From: Rebecca billardiae RCC1528
Taxonomy: Eukaryota > Protista > Haptophyta
Length of the DNA stretch: 64,000 bases
NCBI GenBank assembly: GCA_965240325.2
Contig: OZ251222.1
Span: forward strand, 3,534,001-3,598,000
Direction of reading: 5' to 3'
Under the pieces are notes generated by a model. It had not been told where the DNA came from. It did not search any database and saw nothing but the letters and a program-made list of their open reading frames with translations. Shown in pieces: positions 10,964 through 19,475 of the stretch (positions are counted from its first letter, which is position 1; each line of letters opens with the position of its first letter). The translations under genes and the position numbers were made by a program.

Positions 10964-13750
10964 ATGGTCGCCGCCGTGCCCGCGGTCGCGGCGCGTGCCG
11001 TTGCCACCTCGGTGGGCTGTGCCGTGTGGCAGGTGGCGGCGGCGACCTCGCTGCTTCACGAGGGCGCGAGCGTGCCCTTCGTCGCGCGCTACCGCGCGCA
11101 CGTCACCGGCGGCCTCGAGCCCGCACAGCTGCGCTCGATCGACGCGGCCATGCGCGAGCAGGCGGACGTGGCCAAGCGGCGTGAGGCCATCGTCAAGGCG
11201 CTGCACGAGCGCGACGAGCTGCTACTCACCGACAAGCTGCGCGCGCAGCTTGACTCGGCGCCGACGCTGCGCGCCCTCGAAGCGATCTACGAGCCGTACA
11301 AGCGCAAGCGCGACACGCTCGCGCAGCGCGCGCGCGACGCGGGCCTGGGCGATCTGGCCACGCGGCTCTGGCGGCGCGAGCTGGGCTCGGACGCGCAGTT
11401 CGACGCGGCGCTGCGCGCGGTGGGCACGGCGAGCCCCACCGAGGCCGAGCAGCACCTCGTGCACGCGCTCGCCGAGCTTGTCGCGCTCGACGGCGGAGCG
11501 CGCGACGCGGCGCGTGATGCGTATGCGCGAGACGGCGTCGTCCGCGCCAAGACGGCGCCCAAGGCGGCGCCGGCGGAGGCGGCGAACTTCCGCGACTACG
11601 CGTCGTACGAGTCCGCGCTACGCCGCGTGCGCGGGCACACGTGGCTCGCGCTCCACCGCGGCGCCGAGCGCGGCGCGCTCACTGTCACCGTTGCACTTGG
11701 CACGCGCGGCGGCGCGGCGGCAGCGGCGCGCGGCGCGGGCCGCGGCGGCGCGCCCGACGGCCGGCCATCTGGTCGCGGCCGCGGCGGCGGTGGCGGGCGG
11801 GGCGAGAAGGAGGCGTCGGCGAGCGCGCTCGCCGCCGTGCAGGCGCGCGTCGACGCGCTGCGCGGGCTGCCGCCGCACAGCCGCCGCGCGGCCGTGCTGC
11901 GGAGCGCGGTCGACGACGCTTGGACGCGGCTGCTGTCGCGAGCAGCCGCGTCTTCGGCCAAGCGTGACGCGCTGGAGCGCGCGCGCGCCGAGGCGGTGGG
12001 CGTGTTCGAGGCGAATCTGGCGGAGCTGCTGCGCCAGCCGCCGGTGCAGCTGCCGGACGCACCCTCGGCGCACGCCCCGCGCGCCGTCCTGGGCATCGAT
12101 CCCGGTCTCGGCCACGGACACAAGTGCGCGCTGGTGGACGCGCGCACGGGCGCGCTGCGCGCCGCGCTCACAGTGAAGGCGCTGCCGGACGGCGGCGCGA
12201 GGGGCGGCAGCGGCGAGGAGGTGCCGCCGCCCGCGGCGACGGTGAGCACGCTCGCCGCGCTCATCCGCGAGCACGGCGTCGTCCTGGTCGCCGTGGGCGA
12301 CGGGCAGGGCTCCGCCCTCGCGCAGCGCGCCGTCTCGGCCGCGGCCGCGGCCGCGGCCGCGGCCGCCGACGGCGGCGGCGGCGGCGGCGGCGGCGGCGCG
12401 TCGTGCGCTGTGCCGTACACGGTGGTGGCGGAGGCGGGGGCTTCGGCGTACTCGGCGAGCGAGCTCGCGGAGAAGGAGCTACCCTCGGTGAGCGTGACGG
12501 AGCGCGGCGCCGTCTCGCTCGCGCGGCGCGTGCTCGACCCACTCTCGGAGCTGTGCAAGGTGCCGCCCTCCGCGCTCGGCGTGGGGCTCTACCAGAAGGA
12601 CGTCTCCGAGAAGCTACTCGCCGAGCGGCTGCGCGCGACCGTGGAGGACGCGGTCGCGGACGTGGGCGTGGACCTGAACAGCGCGTCGGCGGCGCTGCTC
12701 GCGAGCGTCGCCGGCCTGAACGCGCGCACGGCCGCCGCGATCCGCGCGCACGTCGAGTGCGAAGGCCCGCTCAGCTGCCGCTCGCAGCTCGGCGCCATCA
12801 AGGGGGTCGGACCCAAAGCGTTTGAGAACGCGGCCGGCTTCCTGCGCGTGCGGCCGCCGCGCGGCGCGGGCGGCGCGGCGGTGCCCGACGAGCCGCTCGA
12901 CTGCACGCGCGTGCACCCCGAGGCGTACGCCGCGGCGCGGCGCGAGCTCGCCGCCGCCGGCGTCGACGTGCGCGCGCTCGCCGCCGGCGAGCCGCCGCCG
13001 CCCGCCGCGGCCGCCAAGCTGCGCGAGCGCGCGGCGGCCGTGCCGGACGCAGCCGCGCGCGCGGAGGCTCAGGCGCTCGCGGCGCTGCTGTGCGACCCGA
13101 TGCTGGCGGGCGACCCGCGCGCGCGTATGGGGCAGCCGCCCACGCTCCGCGAGCGCGCGCTCAGCCTCGCCGAGCTTGGGCCGGGCGCGCGGCTGTCCGG
13201 CACCGTGCGCAACGTCACCCCGTTTGGCGCGTTTGTCGACGTGGGCGCGGGCGTGGACGCGCTGCTGCACGCGTCGCGCGTGCCGCCCGGCCGCGAGGGC
13301 GTGCTGCACGTGGGCGCGCGCGCGCCGATGATCGTGCTCGAGGTGGACCGCGAGCGCAAGCGGATTGGCGTCGCGCTCGACGACGGCGGCGGCGGAGGCG
13401 CCGAGCGCGGCGCGGCGCCCGCGCCCGGCGGCGCCGGCTGCGCCGCCGCGCCGCCGCCTGCGCGCGCGGGCGACAGCGCTCGCCGCGGCGTCGCGCTCGC
13501 GGGCACAAAGCGGCCGCTGTCGACGTCGGCGGGCCGGCACGCGGAGGGCGGGCGTGGCGCTGGCGGGAAGCCGCACGATGCGCGGCGTGCGGCGCCGCAA
13601 GGTCCGAAGCGGCCGCGCCAGCCGCCGCCGCCGCCGCCGCCGCAGTATCGTGCTCGTGCGCCGCCGTCCACGAGCACCTCTGGCGGCCCAGTCGGCAAGA
13701 AGCGCAGGACGGACCAGGCTGACCAATTCTATGATTTAACGACACCGTAG
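10964..13750 (+). CDS. Tex/SRBD1-like S1 RNA-binding protein (Tex N-terminus, YqgF-like, HhH, S1)
   Basis: Motifs LL.EGASVPFVARYR..VTGGL, VLGIDPG...GHKCA, V.EAGASAYSAS..A..E, GVG.YQ.DV, VGVDLNSAS..LL..V.GL, T.VHPE.Y and S1 GTVRNVTPFGAFVDVG. First ATG at 10964. Confidence 0.92.
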   Translation: MVAAVPAVAARAVATSVGCAVWQVAAATSLLHEGASVPFVARYRAHVTGGLEPAQLRSIDAAMREQADVAKRREAIVKALHERDELLLTDKLRAQLDSAPTLRALEAIYEPYKRKRDTLAQRARDAGLGDLATRLWRRELGSDAQFDAALRAVGTASPTEAEQHLVHALAELVALDGGARDAARDAYARDGVVRAKTAPKAAPAEAANFRDYASYESALRRVRGHTWLALHRGAERGALTVTVALGTRGGAAAAARGAGRGGAPDGRPSGRGRGGGGGRGEKEASASALAAVQARVDALRGLPPHSRRAAVLRSAVDDAWTRLLSRAAASSAKRDALERARAEAVGVFEANLAELLRQPPVQLPDAPSAHAPRAVLGIDPGLGHGHKCALVDARTGALRAALTVKALPDGGARGGSGEEVPPPAATVSTLAALIREHGVVLVAVGDGQGSALAQRAVSAAAAAAAAAADGGGGGGGGGASCAVPYTVVAEAGASAYSASELAEKELPSVSVTERGAVSLARRVLDPLSELCKVPPSALGVGLYQKDVSEKLLAERLRATVEDAVADVGVDLNSASAALLASVAGLNARTAAAIRAHVECEGPLSCRSQLGAIKGVGPKAFENAAGFLRVRPPRGAGGAAVPDEPLDCTRVHPEAYAAARRELAAAGVDVRALAAGEPPPPAAAAKLRERAAAVPDAAARAEAQALAALLCDPMLAGDPRARMGQPPTLRERALSLAELGPGARLSGTVRNVTPFGAFVDVGAGVDALLHASRVPPGREGVLHVGARAPMIVLEVDRERKRIGVALDDGGGGGAERGAAPAPGGAGCAAAPPPARAGDSARRGVALAGTKRPLSTSAGRHAEGGRGAGGKPHDARRAAPQGPKRPRQPPPPPPPQYRARAPPSTSTSGGPVGKKRRTDQADQFYDLTTP

Positions 13751-14200
13751 GTGGGACGGCGCCGGTCTCCTGCCGATAATTATAATAAATAAATAATAAG
13801 CAGACTAAATATATATACATATATTATAAATTCATTCGCGGCGGCGGCTGCAAGTCAGCCCGATGGCCGATGGCGAGCGGGCGATCGTGATCGTCCGGTC
13901 GTCGACAAGTCAGGTTACTCAGTCTCAGTGTCGACCCGCCGGTCGCCTACAGCGCAGTAGCTACTAGCATGATACACTTGCTGTCTGTCTTGCACCGAGT
14001 GACAGTGGCTGAGCCTGAGGGCTGACCATCTGCCGCCTATGGTGAGTGGCGGGGTCCGACCACGAGGGGACGGCGGTCCCAGTCTTAGTTTTTCATTATT
14101 GTAGGTACAGTTTACTAATATCGCTGTGGCCATATTCACAGGCTCATAGCTAAGTGGGTACTTCTCGCCACATTTTCGTACTGTGTCCTAGGAGGAAGAT

Positions 14201-14300
14201 GTCCACACATGCAAAGATTGGACGCTTTGCGCCTGAACGAGTCCACACATACAAAGATTGGACGCTCTCGAGTCCACACATACAAAGATTGGAGGCTTTG
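14201..14300 (+). repeat. Three short direct repeats GTCCACACAT(A/G)CAAAGATTGGA(C/G)GCT
   Basis: Copies start near 14201, 14241 and 14272, separated by 5-14 bp linkers. Confidence 0.85.
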
Positions 14301-14378
14301 CGGCCGAACTTTGTCCTATTTGCAAATACGGTAGAAGACCACGGGGGTGGGCATCAGGTTAAGAGGTGTTTTGCGTAA

Positions 14379-14396
14379 TAAGAATAAGAGACGCAC
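14379..14396 (+). mobile_element. Left part of split copy B of the 55-bp element
   Basis: TAAGAATAAGAGACGCAC. The continuation AGGCAGGCGAGATTGACGCCCG is at 16023-16044, and a possible outer fragment TACAGTTTACTAA is at 14106-14118. Confidence 0.8.
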
Positions 14397-16022
14397 TTTA
14401 TACCACTGTGGGGGGCAACGTGCATCAATGATCGGCAGGACCATGCACGTGGCCTTACTGAAGGCAGGGCTGGGCATCATGCAGGCCCGCAAGGACGTGG
14501 ACTCCCAGCTGTCAAAGGCAGGACGTCTCCTTCGACATGCCAAGGAGCTTCGGCCGCCGCCTGGGCACGGCCCGGGGGGGCAGCCCCCACCCCCACAGGC
14601 ACAGGCAGGCCCAGGAGGGGCAATCGCCATGAATAATCAGTTGCAAGGACCACCTGTCATCCAGCAGCAACCCCCTGCCCAGGCTGGCCAGGGCTGGCAG
14701 GCAGGCGCGGGGCAGGCCAACCTGCACCAGCCCATAGCGCGCGGTCACCACGTGCGCCCCCAGCTACTCTTGCGGGCGTGGCCTCTTCAGCGTGCTCGCC
14801 CCCTCCCTATGGTGATTGCGTGGCCGGTCTGCAGCCTGCCACACCTCTTGTGGCATGGCCGCTCCAATATCAATATGCCACCCCGCTGGCTCGCAGCGAT
14901 GTGGGTCCGCCGGACAATGTGAATGTGTTGACACATGGGGGCCCTGAGATGGAGGCAGACCCGGCTGCTGGCAGTCACACTGGTAACGGAGCTCAAAGCG
15001 GCCTTACACAGTCAGACACTGGACCGAGCAGGCCACACAGACACCTGCTGGCTCTGCCGGGCCACTGGCAGCCCCCAGGCGCAGGCTGCCTCCTCCTAGT
15101 CAAGCTCAGCAAGACAGCCCCCCGCCCAAACGACACTGCCCACCCCGCCAGGCAGATGTGCCGCAGCGGAGCACGCTACCCCCTGCAAAGCGCAGCAGGA
15201 AGAGGCGAGCAAACGACACCTTAGCCACTCGCCACCACTTTGCTTGCTTCCTACAGCGGCCCACGCCCTGACTTGATGCCCGATGTAGCACACATGTCTG
15301 ACATGACCCCCTCTGCCTCCATAGCTGCACGAGTGAAATACAGGCGCCTCGCTGCCAGGGCCAGTGGCCCAGACCCCTGCCCAGCTGTACTGGGCTCGAT
15401 GACAGTCCCCTCAGTCCCCTTCCCCTCGCAGGGATCGGCTAGTGGCTGGCCCTCTGCCCACACTCGGGGGCACCCTAGGGGGTGCCCCTTCTGCCGACTC
15501 GGCTCAAACTCGATGATCTTGAATTGCAACTCAGTGCACTGCTTGTACCTGGGACCACCCACCCCACACGGTGTTGGGCTTGTATGCTGTTGGCAATGGC
15601 ATACCCCCGCCCCCTCTGCGGGAGGCGGGCTGTCCACAGTGGAGTGGTGTCAAGACACTAGGTGTCTCGGTCAGTGGTTTGAGGTTGGGTGAGGGTGGTG
15701 GTTGGTTGGGGGCTGGCCAGGGTAGGGCTGGAGGCTTCGGCCGCCAGCCTGATCACCCGGAGCCCGTTATTATAAAGGGGAATTTAAAAACAGCTCTGCA
15801 GACAGTGTTGGGCTTGTAGTTGTATGCTGTCGGCAATGGCATACCCCCGCCCCCTCTGGAGGCGGGCTGTCCACAGTGGAGTGGTGTCAAGGCACTTGGT
15901 GTCTCGGTCAGTGGTTTGAGGTTGGGTGAGGGTGGTGGTTGGTTGGGGGCTGGCCAGGGTAGGGCTGGAGGCTTCGGCCGCCAGTCTGATCACCCGGAGC
16001 CCGTTATAAAGGGGAATTTAAA
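14397..16022. mobile_element. CpG-poor degenerate insertion, retroelement-like, with a tandemly duplicated structured terminus
   Basis: Composition differs sharply from the flanks (few CG, many CA/TG) and there is no intact ORF. It interrupts the 55-bp element. The terminal ~220 bp are duplicated, and a truncated copy of the same terminus lies at 41183-41267. Confidence 0.6.
15571..16022 (+). repeat. Tandem ~220-bp direct repeat (15571-15789 and 15805-16022)
   Basis: Both units run GTGTTGGGCTTGTA...GGCTGGAGGCTTCGGCCGCCAG...TATAAAGGGGAATTTAAAA. Confidence 0.95.
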
Positions 16023-16044
16023 AGGCAGGCGAGATTGACGCCCG
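16023..16044 (+). mobile_element. Right part of split copy B of the 55-bp element
   Basis: AGGCAGGCGAGATTGACGCCCG, identical to the corresponding part of copy E. Confidence 0.85.
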
Positions 16045-16203
16045 CCAAATGTCAAATTATTAGCAGGGGGCTCAGTCATCTGAGTCATCAGGCGTGGAAG
16101 CGATGCAGGAAATAAAGCGCCAAAATTACCGGTTTTTGGCCGTACTGTATACGTTATTTCCAGCTTTCCGCGATCGGGTAGTTAGAGCGTAGTGAAAAAG
16201 CAG

Positions 16204-16270
16204 TACGGGCGTCAATCTCGCCTGCCTGAGCTGTGTGCGACTGTGCGTCTCTTATTCTTAGTAAACTGTA
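16204..16270 (-). mobile_element. Full-length copy C of the 55-bp element (with 8-bp internal insertion)
   Basis: TACGGGCGTCAATCTCGCCTGCCTGAGCTGTGTGCG(actgtgcg)TCTCTTATTCTTAGTAAACTGTA. Confidence 0.9.
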
Positions 16271-16474
16271 GTACCCCCATAGCAAGGGCCCTTGCCCATA
16301 GTAGACGAATGATGGCGCTTCGGATTTCTGCGGGCCGCGGGCGTCTGTCCACGGCTCTGCAAAGCACCGCGCAAGAACTGGTGAACTGGAGCAGCAATCC
16401 ATCCCTTCCGCCGCCCCCGACGGCGAGGGCTGCAGCCGCAAGCTCCTCCCCCCCTCCGTAGTCCGACGAGACCG

Positions 16475-18646
16475 ATGGAGCACAACGAGACGCTCATGCT
16501 GACTGCCCTGATGGACCCAGCGGAGGACATCGGCTTTGCGATCTTTTCGTGGATGGGGCCGTTCACCCTTTTGCGCTTCCGCGCCACAAGCCGCGGGAAC
16601 CGCACCGTCGCCGACGATGTGTTCGCCCGGCGCCACGCGGCGTCGAGCTTTGCGACAAGCGACGAGGCCCTGCCACCGGCCGTGGCAAGTCTGTTCGCGC
16701 AGGACGACGTGCGCACCTGGCGCGACCTCGACGCGCCCGTCCCCTTTGAGGTGGCGGCGCTCTGCGACGTGGTGGCAAACACACCGTGTGCCGTGCTCTG
16801 CTGCAGCTCTTCAGCGGAGATCGGAGCCCTGAGCACCCTCGATGGCATGCTTGTGGTGGACCAGAGCCGTGCCGTGCTCTTTGCCGTGCGAGACCCTGCC
16901 CTGCCGGAGACCACGCAGCGTGCGCACATCGCAGAGGCCCTTGCCGTCGGCGCAGGGCCCGGTCGCCCCAAGCCGTCTTCGATGGACCTTGGGCAGGCGC
17001 GCAGCGCAGAGCAGATGGCGCAGATCCTCGCGTGCTTGGCACCGCCTTCGCCGTATGGCATTGGGGTGCCGGTCGGCATCTGGCGGCTGGTGGACGACCT
17101 GAGCGGCACGCAGCTCGAGGCATCCGACGCGCTCGCGCACGTGAGGGGGTCGCCGTACGAAGCGAGCACGGCCGAGGCGGCAGCGGCAGAGAGGGCACAC
17201 GAGCTCATTCTCTCCGAAGAGTTTGCGCTCGGCAGCGTGGAGTCAGAGACGACGCTCGCGCAAGTTCCGGCGGGGTACCTATCTCTGTGGGTGTATGCGC
17301 AGCGCCGGTGGGCACTCGGCCTGGCGCACGCCCTTCGCTGCGCCGTCGTGGCGGGCGCGCTGCGCACGCGCGGGGACTGCTTCTTTGCGGAGAAGCACGT
17401 GATACGTGCGGCGGAGACGTACCGCCACGCCCTCCGCTTCCAGCCCATGCACGAGATGCTGTGGACGGACAGCTCGGTCTGCATGCTGCGGCTCGGCGCG
17501 CTGCACGCCGCCGCCGCGTGCGCGGCCCTCGCGCTGAGTGAAGTTGGCCTCAACGGCGAGAAGCTCCGGGGATCAGGATGCGTGCAGCGGCAGTTTGGGT
17601 CGTTTGGTGGCACTTACGAGAGACCACAGCACCGAGCGTGCAACCCGAAGGCTGCTCGCACCCTCGGCTACGCGCTCGCCAGGCTCGGCTACGCTTCTGC
17701 CGAGGCCAAGCAGCTCGTGACGGCGAGCCTCCCGCGAGTGCTGTGGGAGGTGCGGGACAACGAGGCACTCGGGAGAGAGTTGAACGGAATCTACCAATGG
17801 GCGAGGAGCGTGCCGTTGCCTACGGTGCAGAACACGACGGCGGCTGTGCTTGCTGCCTGGCGCGACTCAGCGCCGAACAGCACGCTCGCCACCGATGACA
17901 AGGCGCGCATCCGTGCTCGGTACGAGCTGCAGCCTGCGCTGCTTGCGCACCAGAGGGCGCTCCGAGCTGCCGCTGGCCCAGAAGGCGGCAGCCGCGTCGA
18001 TCTCTGCCCCGCCGGCTCGGGGCTGCCCTCGGAGCTCGAGCTCCTCGCGCGCGCCCTGACGCAGGGCGATGCGCCGATGGACCTGCAGCTCTTCGAGGCG
18101 CTCACGACTCCGGCTGCCGAGCAGCGCGCGGGCTGGGCGGCGCACGACGCGCTCGCCGACTTTGTGCTGCGCGGCGCCGGCCTGTGGAGCGGCCGGGGCA
18201 GCACGCGGAAGATGCTCGGACGGCTTGCAGAACACCTCCAGCGCCGCGCAGGCGAGGCTGCGTCTCACGAGGTGCCGGCGGGGCGCACGCGCCATCCGGG
18301 GCTGTGCGCCCAGGCGTACCAGCTGTCCAACGACTGCCAGCTGTGCTCGGAGCTGCGCTGGCTCTGCGGCAATAATGGCGAGCTGCAGGTGCTGGTGCAC
18401 ACTGCGCTGCGCGCGGCGGTGAGAAACACCGCGCTCCTGAGCCTGAGCATCCAAAAGCTTAACGGCGCCGCGCCATTGCGCAGTGCTGCCGGGTGGGCCC
18501 CAGCGAGGGAGCAAGCCTGGGGGCGCGCTGTGCTCAACCTCGAAGACGACAAGAAGACGCCTGACAGGCTGCGCAGCCAGATGCGCTTGGACATCGGAGA
18601 TGTCTTCTCGGCGCGTGACCTCGACGCTGAAAGGGATTTTTATTGA
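16475..18646 (+). CDS. Orphan protein with an F-box-like N-terminus and a TPR-like region
   Basis: 723-aa intronless ORF. DPAEDIGFAIFSWMGPFTLLRFRATSR is F-box-like. LRTRGDCFF...AAETYRHALRFQP...LWTDSSVCMLRLG....A...A..AL is TPR-like. Confidence 0.7.
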   Translation: MEHNETLMLTALMDPAEDIGFAIFSWMGPFTLLRFRATSRGNRTVADDVFARRHAASSFATSDEALPPAVASLFAQDDVRTWRDLDAPVPFEVAALCDVVANTPCAVLCCSSSAEIGALSTLDGMLVVDQSRAVLFAVRDPALPETTQRAHIAEALAVGAGPGRPKPSSMDLGQARSAEQMAQILACLAPPSPYGIGVPVGIWRLVDDLSGTQLEASDALAHVRGSPYEASTAEAAAAERAHELILSEEFALGSVESETTLAQVPAGYLSLWVYAQRRWALGLAHALRCAVVAGALRTRGDCFFAEKHVIRAAETYRHALRFQPMHEMLWTDSSVCMLRLGALHAAAACAALALSEVGLNGEKLRGSGCVQRQFGSFGGTYERPQHRACNPKAARTLGYALARLGYASAEAKQLVTASLPRVLWEVRDNEALGRELNGIYQWARSVPLPTVQNTTAAVLAAWRDSAPNSTLATDDKARIRARYELQPALLAHQRALRAAAGPEGGSRVDLCPAGSGLPSELELLARALTQGDAPMDLQLFEALTTPAAEQRAGWAAHDALADFVLRGAGLWSGRGSTRKMLGRLAEHLQRRAGEAASHEVPAGRTRHPGLCAQAYQLSNDCQLCSELRWLCGNNGELQVLVHTALRAAVRNTALLSLSIQKLNGAAPLRSAAGWAPAREQAWGRAVLNLEDDKKTPDRLRSQMRLDIGDVFSARDLDAERDFY

Positions 18647-18926
18647 GTGACGGATCATGACAAGTGTAGGATGACGACAAGTCCGCATCACGTATAGTGT
18701 ATATATACTGTACAGCCTAGTACTAGTAGTACAGCCCATGCGGCGCGGCGGCGCACGTGAGCCAGTCACGATCGCGGAGCCTCGCGGCCGCTCGGGCCAC
18801 CGGGCCCCGTGAGGCCGCAGTCGCCGCAGAGTCGGCGGCAGAGTCCGTGGGTCACGTGATACAGTTAACAGTATAGCTGCATAGCAGCCTAGCTATGCTG
18901 ATATAGTACGACTGTTTACTAAATTA

Positions 18927-18971
18927 CTCGCCTGCCTGAGCTGTCTGCTGTGTGCGTCTCTTATTCTTAGT
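18927..18971 (-). mobile_element. Partial copy D of the 55-bp element
   Basis: CTCGCCTGCCTGAG(ctgtctg)CTGTGTGCGTCTCTTATTCTTAGT. Confidence 0.88.
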
Positions 18972-19475
18972 CAACGGTAGTCGTAGAAGTTCTGTGGTGA
19001 TAACGCGACCGAAGGCTCGTGGTACCTTTAACCTTACTAATCTGCAGCCGGACCGGCCGAGCCGGACCGTTTTCGGCAACTGGCGTCCGGCACCTCGTCG
19101 CGTCAAACTCAAAGCGTGCGGCTCTCAGGGCTCGCGCCGCAGATTCACGCCGCCGACAGCCAGACACCGCACCAACAGCAGTTGCCTCGGCCAGCGGTCA
19201 GCGGCTCCCTCGCTCGCCGAGCCAGCGGGGGAGCACGCTAAAGTGCGCTTTTGTCCCGCGTTGATGAACCGCGCTGTGTTCATCATCATGAGCTACCCGA
19301 GTGGCTGTCCAGTGTCCTGGCGAGCGAGGCCAGGCTGCCAGATTAGTGATTAGTGATTCGGTCAGGTGGCGACTGACAGTGACGAGTCATCAGGCTCACT
19401 CACTGTTCATCGTATCATTCACGTCGGCAGTCCGTCCGTGGGATCCAAGCGGAAGAGGGGTCATCAATCGTGGCG

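Noticed and set aside
14201-14300. Short direct repeats as a CRISPR array
   Set aside because: Only three copies, linkers of 5-14 bp that are related to each other, a eukaryotic context and no cas genes. More likely subterminal repeats of a transposon.
15640-15680. Hammerhead ribozyme on the minus strand (CTGACCGA-GACAC-CTA-GTGTC-TTGACAC)
   Set aside because: It deviates from the required CUGANGA...GAAA core in both copies and I could not identify stems I and III. At best a degenerate resemblance.
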